This document shows, in pieces, positions 9,328-19,087 of a stretch of DNA of 64,000 nucleotides. The translations under genes and the position numbers were made by a program. Under the pieces are notes generated by a model, which saw nothing but the letters and a program-made list of their open reading frames with translations, was not told the origin of the DNA and made no database searches. Source of the DNA: Candidatus Gastranaerophilales bacterium (lineage in GTDB: Bacteria > Cyanobacteriota > Vampirovibrionia > Gastranaerophilales > Gastranaerophilaceae); contig CANPZB010000002.1 of assembly GCA_947588755.1 (NCBI GenBank), positions 7,954 to 71,953 of the forward strand. Reading direction: 5' to 3'. Position 1 is the first letter of the stretch, and every line of letters starts with the position of its first letter.

Positions 9328-9555
9328 ATGTATAATCAGCTTGTGTATACAAGTAACGGTAAAATTTTTATAGAATCTGACGACCAATGTATGAATTGCA
9401 CTAATTATGTAAGAGGTGTTTCTTGCCCCTTGCTTACCGCATTAGGTTTAGGTGTTGTTTACATTGAAAATTCTTTAAAGGTTGTTGATTGCGGTTTTTA
9501 TAAAAAATTTGAACGTAACCTGCATATAGTAAGTGACGGGGAAGATAGTCAGTGA
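9328..9555 (+). CDS. small hypothetical Cys-containing protein
   Basis: 75-aa ORF whose TGA stop overlaps the GTG start of the downstream dehydrogenase (GTGA), suggesting translational coupling. No recognised motif. Confidence 0.4.
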   Translation: MYNQLVYTSNGKIFIESDDQCMNCTNYVRGVSCPLLTALGLGVVYIENSLKVVDCGFYKKFERNLHIVSDGEDSQ

Positions 9556-10544
9556 GAAGAATAACTTTAATAAACGGCGACGGCATAGGGCCTGAAATAT
9601 CTGATGCCGTAATAAAAATAATAGATGCCTCAGGATTAAAAATTGATTGGGATATTCAAACGGCAGGTGCGGATATTATAGAAACGGAAGGTACTCCGCT
9701 TCCCGAAAGAGTTTTAAACTCAATAAAAGAAAATAAAATCGCTCTGAAAGCTCCTGTTACGACTCCCATTGGCAAAGGTTTTCGTTCGGTTAACGTTAAA
9801 TTACGCAAAGAACTTGATTTATATGCCAATTTAAGACCTTGCAAAAACCTTGTTAATGTTAAAACCAAATTTGATAACGTTGATATAGTCGTCGTACGGG
9901 AAAATACGGAGGACTTGTATGCGGGAATTGAAAGACAGGTTGATGTTGATACTGCTGAAAGTATAAAACTGATTACCCGAAAAGCTTCGGAAAGAATTTG
10001 TAAATTCGCATTTGATTATGCCGTTCAAAATTCACGCAGCGAAGTATGCGTTGTTACAAAGGCTAACATTATGAAGCTTTCTGACGGTTTATTTCTTGAC
10101 TCTTTCAGAAATGTTTCTCAAAACTACCCTCAAATAAAAAAACGTGAAATTCTTGTGGATAATTTATGTATGCAGCTGGTTCAAAACCCTGCTCAATTTG
10201 ACGTTTTGGTTTTGCCTAATCTGTACGGGGATATTGTTTCGGATTTATGTGCAGGGTTAATAGGCGGTTTGGGAGTAGCAAGAGGAGCAAATATCGGAGA
10301 AAATTATGCGGTATTTGAGCCTGTTCACGGCTCTGCCCCCGATATTAAGGGCTTGAATAAAGCAAATCCTACCGCATTGCTTCTTTCTGCGGTTGAAATG
10401 CTCAAGTATATCGGGGAAAGAGAGTATGCCGAAAATATTGAAAATGCTTTATATAAAACATTCAAAAACGGGTGTTTTACTTCGGATTTGGGCGGTAATC
10501 TCGGAACAAACGAATTTTGCCAAAAAATAATTGAAAATCTCTGA
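9552..10544 (+). CDS. icd: isocitrate/isopropylmalate dehydrogenase family protein, most like NAD-dependent isocitrate dehydrogenase
   Basis: [37 protein letters not shown] and LYGDIVSDL blocks. GTG start. Confidence 0.7.
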   Translation: MRRITLINGDGIGPEISDAVIKIIDASGLKIDWDIQTAGADIIETEGTPLPERVLNSIKENKIALKAPVTTPIGKGFRSVNVKLRKELDLYANLRPCKNLVNVKTKFDNVDIVVVRENTEDLYAGIERQVDVDTAESIKLITRKASERICKFAFDYAVQNSRSEVCVVTKANIMKLSDGLFLDSFRNVSQNYPQIKKREILVDNLCMQLVQNPAQFDVLVLPNLYGDIVSDLCAGLIGGLGVARGANIGENYAVFEPVHGSAPDIKGLNKANPTALLLSAVEMLKYIGEREYAENIENALYKTFKNGCFTSDLGGNLGTNEFCQKIIENL

Positions 10545-10551
10545 TATTATT

Positions 10552-10878
10552 TTATTCAAGTCCGAGGTCTCTTAAAAACCTTTTGTTGTCAGAGAGTTCA
10601 AGAAGTTTTTCATCGTCCGTAAGATTAATTATTCCCTGCTGTTCAAGTTCATTTACCATATCGATATGTGAAGTATTTTCTGGGTCGGAAAGCACAAGTT
10701 TTGAAAAGTTTCTGATATCTTTTTCCCGCTCGTACAGCTTAACTGCGTTACGGGTCAATTTATTTAAAAATATACTTTCTCTTTGCTCAAAATTAACGTC
10801 AATAGGGTTTATAGCCGCCGAGGTACTTTTTTTATTTTTATCAATGTTTAATTTTTCCGCAATTTTTTTGAATATCAT
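10552..10878 (-). CDS. hypothetical protein
   Basis: 108-aa ORF, convergent with icd. No motif recognised. Confidence 0.45.
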   Translation of the reverse strand: MIFKKIAEKLNIDKNKKSTSAAINPIDVNFEQRESIFLNKLTRNAVKLYEREKDIRNFSKLVLSDPENTSHIDMVNELEQQGIINLTDDEKLLELSDNKRFLRDLGLE

Positions 10879-10964
10879 TGATTTACACTTCCCTATCAGA
10901 CATTATACATTACATTGTCAAAAAATCAATAATTCTTAATATTTGGTAAAGTTTACTCATCATC

Positions 10965-10993
10965 TTGATTATAACTTTTCTTTAAATTATAAT
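10965..10993 (+). promoter_or_regulatory. sigma-70-type promoter candidate for serS
   Basis: TTGATT (10965-10970), a 17-nt spacer, then TATAAT (10988-10993), about 37 nt upstream of the serS ATG. Confidence 0.5.
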
Positions 10994-11017
10994 ACTTGCG
11001 TAAAAAAGCAAAAATGA

Positions 11018-12293
<1,276 letters not shown>

Positions 12294-12295
<2 letters not shown>

Positions 12296-12321
12296 AAAAA
12301 ACTCCCGAAAGGGAGTTTTTA
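12294..12321 (+). terminator. rho-independent terminator after serS
   Basis: ACTCCC-GAAA-GGGAGT hairpin followed by TTTTT. Confidence 0.75.
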
Positions 12322-12348
12322 AGTTTTATCGTAATTTATTTACGCTGA

Positions 12349-12756
12349 TTAAATTTTTTTCAGTTTAGCAATTTGTTTATCCACTTCATTTTTTAGTTTT
12401 TCAGCTTTTTTACAAACACGCGATAAAAATTTTATCGGAGATTCAAAATATCTGACCTGATTATAGCTTTTAAATAATGGTTTCGGAATAAATGATAAAT
12501 TTTTGCGTATATGACCTCCGACATCTACTGACGGATGTGCAACCGCATGAAGTAATTCCTTGCTTATTTCAGATGATACGTAAACATCAACGGATTTATT
12601 TCGGTTAAATCTTTCAACAATTTTTGACAAATCATATATCATTTCCTGTGATAAAGATTCTTTCAATATACGTGATGCATTTTCGCTTATATGAATAGCA
12701 CCGAATGCAGGGTTTGTTTGATGGTTATTAAAATTACCGTTAAAATTTACGTTCAT
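12349..12756 (-). CDS. hypothetical small protein, distant paralogue of the duplicated 131-aa genes
   Basis: 135 aa. Shares with the two downstream genes the N-terminal N-rich stretch, the P.FG(A)IH motif (NPAFGAIHISEN vs KPQFGMAIHLGDN), the KSVDVYV/KVDIRLF block and the SP(I/V)KF(L/I) + lysine-rich helix tail. Confidence 0.6.
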   Translation of the reverse strand: MNVNFNGNFNNHQTNPAFGAIHISENASRILKESLSQEMIYDLSKIVERFNRNKSVDVYVSSEISKELLHAVAHPSVDVGGHIRKNLSFIPKPLFKSYNQVRYFESPIKFLSRVCKKAEKLKNEVDKQIAKLKKI

Positions 12757-12780
12757 AAAAATTCTCCTTATAGTTGCTTA

Positions 12781-13176
12781 TTAAAAATTCATCTTATTTA
12801 AAATTTCTTCTTTTTTTATAATTCTGGCTTCTTCTTTATCTGCAACCTTTGCCAATTTTTTAATAAATTTAACGGGGCTGCTATTAAATAACCAGCTGAA
12901 GATATTTTCCGAATAGTATTTATGAAAATCATTGAGGGCGTCCGGTGTTCGCAAATAGACATTAGCACTCAGTAGTTCACCCGTTTCTTTGTCAGCAAAA
13001 AGCCTTATGTCAACTTTAGAGTTTTTTTCTTGCTTTTTAAAAATGTCGTTTATTATTTCAACATCCTTTAAAGATTTTATTCTGGATTTGAGTACACGTT
13101 TAACATTATTATCGCCTAAGTGTATTGCCATACCGAATTGCGGTTTTGGGCAGTTGCAATTCAAGTTTGTCTGCAT
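12781..13176 (-). CDS. hypothetical small protein (tandem copy 1)
   Basis: 131-aa ORF, identical to 13209..13604 except one residue (R vs G, nt 12825 T vs 13253 C). Confidence 0.65.
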   Translation of the reverse strand: MQTNLNCNCPKPQFGMAIHLGDNNVKRVLKSRIKSLKDVEIINDIFKKQEKNSKVDIRLFADKETGELLSANVYLRTPDALNDFHKYYSENIFSWLFNSSPVKFIKKLAKVADKEEARIIKKEEILNKMNF

Positions 13177-13208
13177 ATTATTTTCCCTTTCTTTTTTATT
13201 TTTATTTG

Positions 13209-13604
13209 TTAAAAATTCATCTTATTTAAAATTTCTTCTTTTTTTATAATTCCGGCTTCTTCTTTATCTGCAACCTTTGCCAATTTTTTAATAAATTTAA
13301 CGGGGCTGCTATTAAATAACCAGCTGAAGATATTTTCCGAATAGTATTTATGAAAATCATTGAGGGCGTCCGGTGTTCGCAAATAGACATTAGCACTCAG
13401 TAGTTCACCCGTTTCTTTGTCAGCAAAAAGCCTTATGTCAACTTTAGAGTTTTTTTCTTGCTTTTTAAAAATGTCGTTTATTATTTCAACATCCTTTAAA
13501 GATTTTATTCTGGATTTGAGTACACGTTTAACATTATTATCGCCTAAGTGTATTGCCATACCGAATTGCGGTTTTGGGCAGTTGCAATTCAAGTTTGTCT
13601 GCAT
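13209..13604 (-). CDS. hypothetical small protein (tandem copy 2)
   Basis: 131-aa ORF. See copy 1. Confidence 0.65.
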   Translation of the reverse strand: MQTNLNCNCPKPQFGMAIHLGDNNVKRVLKSRIKSLKDVEIINDIFKKQEKNSKVDIRLFADKETGELLSANVYLRTPDALNDFHKYYSENIFSWLFNSSPVKFIKKLAKVADKEEAGIIKKEEILNKMNF

Positions 13605-13713
13605 ATTATTTTCCCTTTCTTTTTTTTTTTATTTCTAAAACCCGTAAAAATATTTTTTGCTACTTTGTGTAACAAAATTTTACATGTCTTGATTTTTAAG
13701 GCATAATAAAGTC

Positions 13714-16002
13714 ATGTATACATTTCCGTTTGAACTGGATGAATTTCAAAAAGAGGCTTGTGAACATATAAACAACGGCAAAAGTGTTGTTGTATGTGCT
13801 CCTACGGGGGCGGGTAAAACCGTTATTGCTCAACATGCCATTCATAAAGCTCTGGAAGAAAATACAAGAATTTTTTATACAACACCGCTGAAAGCTTTAT
13901 CTAATCAAAAATATTATGACTTCGGCGAAAAATACGGTACCGATAAAGTCGGACTTTTGACCGGCGATACTTCGATTAACCGAAACGCACAAATTGTTGT
14001 TATGACAACGGAGGTTTTCAGAAATATGCTTTACGGTACAAACTTCGGTTCCGTAAAAGACAATATGAAAGACGTAAAATATGTTGTCCTTGACGAAGTT
14101 CATTATATGAATGACGAGCAAAGAGGTACTGTTTGGGAAGAAAGTATTATTTATTGTCCGACGAATGTTCAGATAATAGCTTTGTCGGCTACTGTTGCCA
14201 ATGCCGAAGAACTTACCGCATGGATTAACACTGTCCACTCAAAAACCGAACTTGTTAATACTGATTTTCGTCCCGTTCCTTTGAAATTTTATTATTTTGA
14301 CAGCTCTCAGCCCGATAAACTTTTGCCTTTACTGACTCCGAGCGGACAATTGAACAGTAAAATAAAACCCGAAAAACGAGTTTTCGGCAAGAAATTGCAA
14401 AATAAAAAATCGCCTGTGAGAAATGTCGTAAGAAACCTTCTGGAAAGAGACATGCTTCCCGCGATTTACTTTACTTTTTCAAGAAAAAAATGTGATGAAC
14501 AAATGGAAAAATGTGCTTCGTTGGATTTAATTACCAGAAGCGAAAGAGCGGAAATTCAGCAGTTTATAGATGAATATATCGCAGAAAATCCGCATTTATA
14601 CAATAACAAGCATATAGAATATTTATTATGCGGAGTCGCATCTCATCATGCGGGACTTTTGCCTGCATGGAAAAACCTTGTCGAAAAACTTTTTCAGAAA
14701 GGCTTGATAAAGGTTGTATTTGCAACTGAAACTCTTGCCGCAGGTATAAATATGCCTGCTCGTTCTACCGTTATAAGTTCGACAAGCAAGCGTACCGACA
14801 GCGGACACAGAATGCTTACGGCTAGTGAATTTCTGCAAATGTCAGGCAGAGCGGGAAGAAGGGGAATGGATGAAGTAGGTTACGTTACGGTTGTCGGAAC
14901 TCAGTTTCAGTCGCCCGAAGAAGTTGCGGAACTCGTATTGAGCGATGCAAACCCGCTTGAAAGCCGTTTCTCACCTTCTTATTCTATGGTGCTTAATTTG
15001 CTGCAAAGGTTTAGCCTTGATGAAGCTAAAGAACTTATCTTAAAAAGTTTCGGATATTTTTCATCAGGCTCACGCCTGCTCCCGCTTTTAAAGGCGAGAG
15101 AACAAATTAAAAACGATATTAAATCCCGCGAATTTATTTGTCCTTATAAACATTCCGACAGCGACTTACACGAATATGATAAAATCAGACATATTTACGT
15201 GCAAAACAGACAGACTTACAAGAAAATTTGCAAGCAGGAACGCTATAAAAAAAGACCGCTTTCCGATGAAGTTGTTAAATTCGGAAAAGAAACTAATGCG
15301 TTGCTAAAAAAAATGCATATAATGCCGTGTGACAGTTGTAAATTATATAAAAAACACACAAAAAATGTTGAGGTAAAAGAGCGATTTACTGTCCGATACG
15401 AAAAATTGGAAAAAGAGATAGAAAAACAACGCGATATTTTTTGGAATAAATTTCTCGCTCACAGAAGCGTTTTGATTGATGCAGGCTATTTGCGTGACGA
15501 TTATCCTACCGAATACGGTATTACTACTTCTCAAATACGCTCAGAAAATGAATTTTTTCTTTCGCAAATAATTTTTTCCAATGTTCTGGAAGAACTTTCT
15601 CCCGCACAGCTTGCTGCGGTTATCTGTGCGGTTACCACGGAAGATTTAAGAATTGATATACCGTATTTACCGCTTTCCGAACCCGTGAGAAAAACTTTAA
15701 ATCAAATACGTAATATAAGACGGCGTGTTGATAAAATTCAAAGCAGATATTCAGTTGATGCTCCAATGTATATTAACCCTTATTTTAGTTCTCTTATTGA
15801 GTTATGGGTTGAAGGTGCCGACTGGGAAAATATCAGCGAACAAATCGAGAGTATAGGTGAAGGTGATATTGTACGTTCTTTTAAAAGAGTTGTCGATGTA
15901 TTAAGACAGTTTACGACTGTTTCTAATATTCCCGAAGCCCTTGTATTTACCGCTCGGGATGCAATTGAAAAAATATTGCGAGAACCTGTTGACGCCGATT
16001 AA
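13714..16002 (+). CDS. Ski2-like DEVH-box helicase (HelY-type)
   Basis: Motif I APTGAGKT, motif II DEVHYM, SAT, then QMSGRAGRRG. Long C-terminal helical domain as in Ski2/HelY helicases. Confidence 0.85.
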   Translation: MYTFPFELDEFQKEACEHINNGKSVVVCAPTGAGKTVIAQHAIHKALEENTRIFYTTPLKALSNQKYYDFGEKYGTDKVGLLTGDTSINRNAQIVVMTTEVFRNMLYGTNFGSVKDNMKDVKYVVLDEVHYMNDEQRGTVWEESIIYCPTNVQIIALSATVANAEELTAWINTVHSKTELVNTDFRPVPLKFYYFDSSQPDKLLPLLTPSGQLNSKIKPEKRVFGKKLQNKKSPVRNVVRNLLERDMLPAIYFTFSRKKCDEQMEKCASLDLITRSERAEIQQFIDEYIAENPHLYNNKHIEYLLCGVASHHAGLLPAWKNLVEKLFQKGLIKVVFATETLAAGINMPARSTVISSTSKRTDSGHRMLTASEFLQMSGRAGRRGMDEVGYVTVVGTQFQSPEEVAELVLSDANPLESRFSPSYSMVLNLLQRFSLDEAKELILKSFGYFSSGSRLLPLLKAREQIKNDIKSREFICPYKHSDSDLHEYDKIRHIYVQNRQTYKKICKQERYKKRPLSDEVVKFGKETNALLKKMHIMPCDSCKLYKKHTKNVEVKERFTVRYEKLEKEIEKQRDIFWNKFLAHRSVLIDAGYLRDDYPTEYGITTSQIRSENEFFLSQIIFSNVLEELSPAQLAAVICAVTTEDLRIDIPYLPLSEPVRKTLNQIRNIRRRVDKIQSRYSVDAPMYINPYFSSLIELWVEGADWENISEQIESIGEGDIVRSFKRVVDVLRQFTTVSNIPEALVFTARDAIEKILREPVDAD

Positions 16003-16071
16003 TGTTTGCAATTAACCCGATTGTAGATTACAAATTTGTTTATTCATGTTAGATTTAGTATAGAGGCAGAT

Positions 16072-17382
16072 ATGAAAATAGCTTTGTTAAATCACGGATG
16101 TGCAAAAAATCTTGTCGATAGCGAACTAATGCTCGGAATTCTTTCACAACGCGGGCATGAGATAACATTGGATGAAAACGATGCCGAAATCGTCGTTGTT
16201 AATACTTGTTCTTTTATTCATGATGCGGAAAAGGAATCTGTTCAAGCTATATTACGGCTTGTTCAGGAAAAAAAGAAAGTTATTGTTGCGGGATGTTTGG
16301 CACAGAAGTATAAAGACGAATTAAAGAAAGCTATCCCCGAACTTGCGGGTATGGTAGGGACTTCTGATATAGCGGACATTGTTGAAGTTGTCGATAAGGT
16401 TTCAAACGGAAAACGTAAGGATTATATCGCAAGAATTTCCGAAAAACCCGATTATATTTATCCTGAAAATATAGAAAGACAACAGATTACCGTCGGTGCA
16501 AGTTCTTATATAAAAATTGCCGACGGCTGTAATTATCATTGCGGGTATTGTATTATCCCTCAGCTTAGAGGTGAATATCATTCCCGTCCGCTGGAAAATA
16601 TTATTGAAGAAGCGAAAGGACTTGTTGCAAAAGGTGTTACGGAAATAGATTTAATCGCACAGGATACAACAGGTTACGGAATTGATTTGTACGGCAAAAA
16701 TTCACTTCCCGTTCTTCTTGAAGAACTGGACAAAATAGACGGACTCGGATGGATAAGAGTTATGTATGCTTATCCTACGCAGATGAATGATGAACTTATT
16801 GAAACTATTGCAAGACTTAAAAAAGTCGCGAAATACATTGATATTCCGCTTCAGCATTCAAATTCAGAAATTTTGAAAGCAATGAGACGACCTGTTATGG
16901 ATTATGAAGAATTAATTAAAAAAATACGCGATAAAATACCTGATGTTGCAATACGTACGGCATTTATTGTCGGATATCCCGGCGAAACGGATGAACAGTT
17001 TGAAGAACTCTATAATTTTGTAGAAAAAATAAAATTTGATAAAATGGGCGTTTTTGAATATTCACATGAAAAAAATACCGCATCTTATGATATGCAAAAT
17101 CAAATTCCCGCAAAGATTAAAAAAGCACGTCGTAACAGGTTAATGGCATTGCAAAAAAATATTTCCCGTGAAATAAACAAAAAATATATCGGTAAAACAA
17201 TTCCCTGTATTGTAGAAGGGTATACGGACGACGGACTTATTATTATGCGGAGTGAATATGATGCTCCCGAAATAGACGGACTTGTTTATGCAAAATCCGA
17301 AAAGAATGTTGTGCCGGGTGATTTTGAAAATGTTCTGATTAATAATGCCGATTATTATGATTTGTTCGGGAAATTAGTTTAG
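16072..17382 (+). CDS. rimO: ribosomal protein S12 methylthiotransferase RimO
   Basis: MKIALLNHGCAKNLVDSE N-terminal domain, radical SAM CNYHCGYC, C-terminal TRAM-like region. AGAGG RBS upstream of ATG 16072 (the track start 16036 lies upstream). Confidence 0.85.
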   Translation: MKIALLNHGCAKNLVDSELMLGILSQRGHEITLDENDAEIVVVNTCSFIHDAEKESVQAILRLVQEKKKVIVAGCLAQKYKDELKKAIPELAGMVGTSDIADIVEVVDKVSNGKRKDYIARISEKPDYIYPENIERQQITVGASSYIKIADGCNYHCGYCIIPQLRGEYHSRPLENIIEEAKGLVAKGVTEIDLIAQDTTGYGIDLYGKNSLPVLLEELDKIDGLGWIRVMYAYPTQMNDELIETIARLKKVAKYIDIPLQHSNSEILKAMRRPVMDYEELIKKIRDKIPDVAIRTAFIVGYPGETDEQFEELYNFVEKIKFDKMGVFEYSHEKNTASYDMQNQIPAKIKKARRNRLMALQKNISREINKKYIGKTIPCIVEGYTDDGLIIMRSEYDAPEIDGLVYAKSEKNVVPGDFENVLINNADYYDLFGKLV

Positions 17383-17428
17383 TTTATAGTATAATACTTA
17401 TGTTGATATTTACGGGAAGTATATTGTC

Positions 17429-18883
17429 ATGGAATATATAGAAAACAGAGAAGTTGAAAAAGAACAGTTAAAAGCGATATTTAAGGATATTTTAAAATAT
17501 TCACCTTCCAAATTATGCGGAATGCTGGGGAACGCTGTTATTGTCCCTGTTTATACAAGCTTGTTGTCGCCCGAACAATACGGCTTATACTCTATTTCTA
17601 TAGCACTTTTATCCTTCTTATGTATTCTGTTTTCGGATTGGGTTGGATTATCCGCTTTGAGATTTTTCCGCAGACATCAGTTAACCGACGATATGCCAAG
17701 ATATTTAACTACTATTGTTATGATTTTGTGTATAAATCTCTTTTTAATGCTGTTAATAACTTTTATATTCAGGGATAATTTTTATTCCTTTTTCAAAATA
17801 CCCGTAAAATATTTTTTGGCTATATTAATTCTTATTTTACCTGTTGCTGTCAGAGCGTTGCTTTCTCAACTCTTAAGAGCACAGCTTAAATCTTTGTCTT
17901 TTACGTTAACAACCATAGTTAATCAGTTTTTAACAATCTTATTATCCGTGTTTTTTGTAAAATTCTTTAATTTAGGTGCCATGGGTTTGCTTCTGGGTAT
18001 GGGTGTTTCTATATCTTTAATTGATTTACTTTTGATTTATCAGAGTAATATTTTAAAATGGTTTAAGTTACAAAAAATCGAGTGGCATTCCGTAATGCCT
18101 GTATTCAAATACGGTGTTCCGATTGCTGCAACTTCTTTAAGTGCATGGATTATTAACCAGAGTAACAAGTTTATTATGAACAGTATACACGGTTTTTCTC
18201 AGGTCGGTATTGTAGGTGTTGCTTACGGTTTAACTTTACCTCTGTTAATGACGGTATTTTCGGTTATTACCGTTGCCGCTATACCGAGAATAATTAATAT
18301 GTACGAAGAAAAAATTGATGTAAGACCTATTGTGTCACGTTTTACCGGATATTATATTTTAACGGCATTACCGATAATTACTATTATATCGGTATATTCT
18401 GTTGATTATGTACAATTACTTTCTTCCAACGAGAACTTTTATATAGCTTTCAAATTAATCCCGTATTTTGCTTTCGGCACATTTTTCATGGCTTTGACGG
18501 ATTACACAACATTGCAATATCATCTGGCTAACAAGACTTATATTGACTTCATTATAAAGTTAATATCAGGGATTATAAATATTGCGATGAATATAATTTT
18601 AATTCCAAAATACGGTTTGGTCGGTGTGGGAATTGCAACGCTTTGTGCTAATTTTATTTACTTTTTCCTGAGTGCCGTTATTGTTTTGCCGGGGTTGAGA
18701 ATAAAATTTCCCGTTGCGGCAATGTCTAAAATATTTATTTCCTTCATACCTTTTGCCGGCGTATATTATCTTTTCAGACAAACTGAAAATATACCGGCAT
18801 TATTTCAGATGATAATTTTAGGCGGAATTTTCTATTTAACTTATTGGCTTATCAGTGCTGCCCTTAATAAACGTGCGGTTTAG
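17429..18883 (+). CDS. polysaccharide/oligosaccharide flippase (MOP/Wzx family)
   Basis: 484 aa and strongly hydrophobic, with roughly 12-14 predicted TM helices in the typical Wzx layout. Confidence 0.65.
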   Translation: MEYIENREVEKEQLKAIFKDILKYSPSKLCGMLGNAVIVPVYTSLLSPEQYGLYSISIALLSFLCILFSDWVGLSALRFFRRHQLTDDMPRYLTTIVMILCINLFLMLLITFIFRDNFYSFFKIPVKYFLAILILILPVAVRALLSQLLRAQLKSLSFTLTTIVNQFLTILLSVFFVKFFNLGAMGLLLGMGVSISLIDLLLIYQSNILKWFKLQKIEWHSVMPVFKYGVPIAATSLSAWIINQSNKFIMNSIHGFSQVGIVGVAYGLTLPLLMTVFSVITVAAIPRIINMYEEKIDVRPIVSRFTGYYILTALPIITIISVYSVDYVQLLSSNENFYIAFKLIPYFAFGTFFMALTDYTTLQYHLANKTYIDFIIKLISGIINIAMNIILIPKYGLVGVGIATLCANFIYFFLSAVIVLPGLRIKFPVAAMSKIFISFIPFAGVYYLFRQTENIPALFQMIILGGIFYLTYWLISAALNKRAV

Positions 18884-19087
18884 TGCTTAATATTTGTTAA
18901 TAATATAGCAAAAATTTTTATTCAGGATATTTTTAATCTGACAGGATAAATTTGAAGTTTCGGATTTATTAAGTATTATGAAAAAGTAGTTACTGATAAT
19001 AGAAATAAAGTTTTCCTCTTGGTAAAATATATGTGCGAAATATATAATAGTTTAATATGTAAATATAAATTGAAAGGGTGCAAAAGC

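Larger units (their letters stand above)
12781..13632. repeat. 428-bp direct tandem duplication (2 copies) carrying a whole gene plus its upstream region
   Basis: 12781-13208 and 13209 to about 13632 align at a 428-nt offset. I found one substitution in the coding part and small T-run length differences at the distal ends. Confidence 0.9.

Noticed and set aside
12781-13632. The tandem 428-bp repeat as an insertion sequence or MITE
   Set aside because: It has no terminal inverted repeats and no transposase. Each unit is exactly one gene plus its upstream region, so it is a segmental tandem duplication or an assembly artefact.
18884-19087. c-di-GMP riboswitch upstream of the TPS-PilZ gene
   Set aside because: The region is uniformly AT-rich with no GEMM-like GC-rich helices or conserved ACGCACAGGGCAAACC/GGGACGCAAAGCC-type elements.
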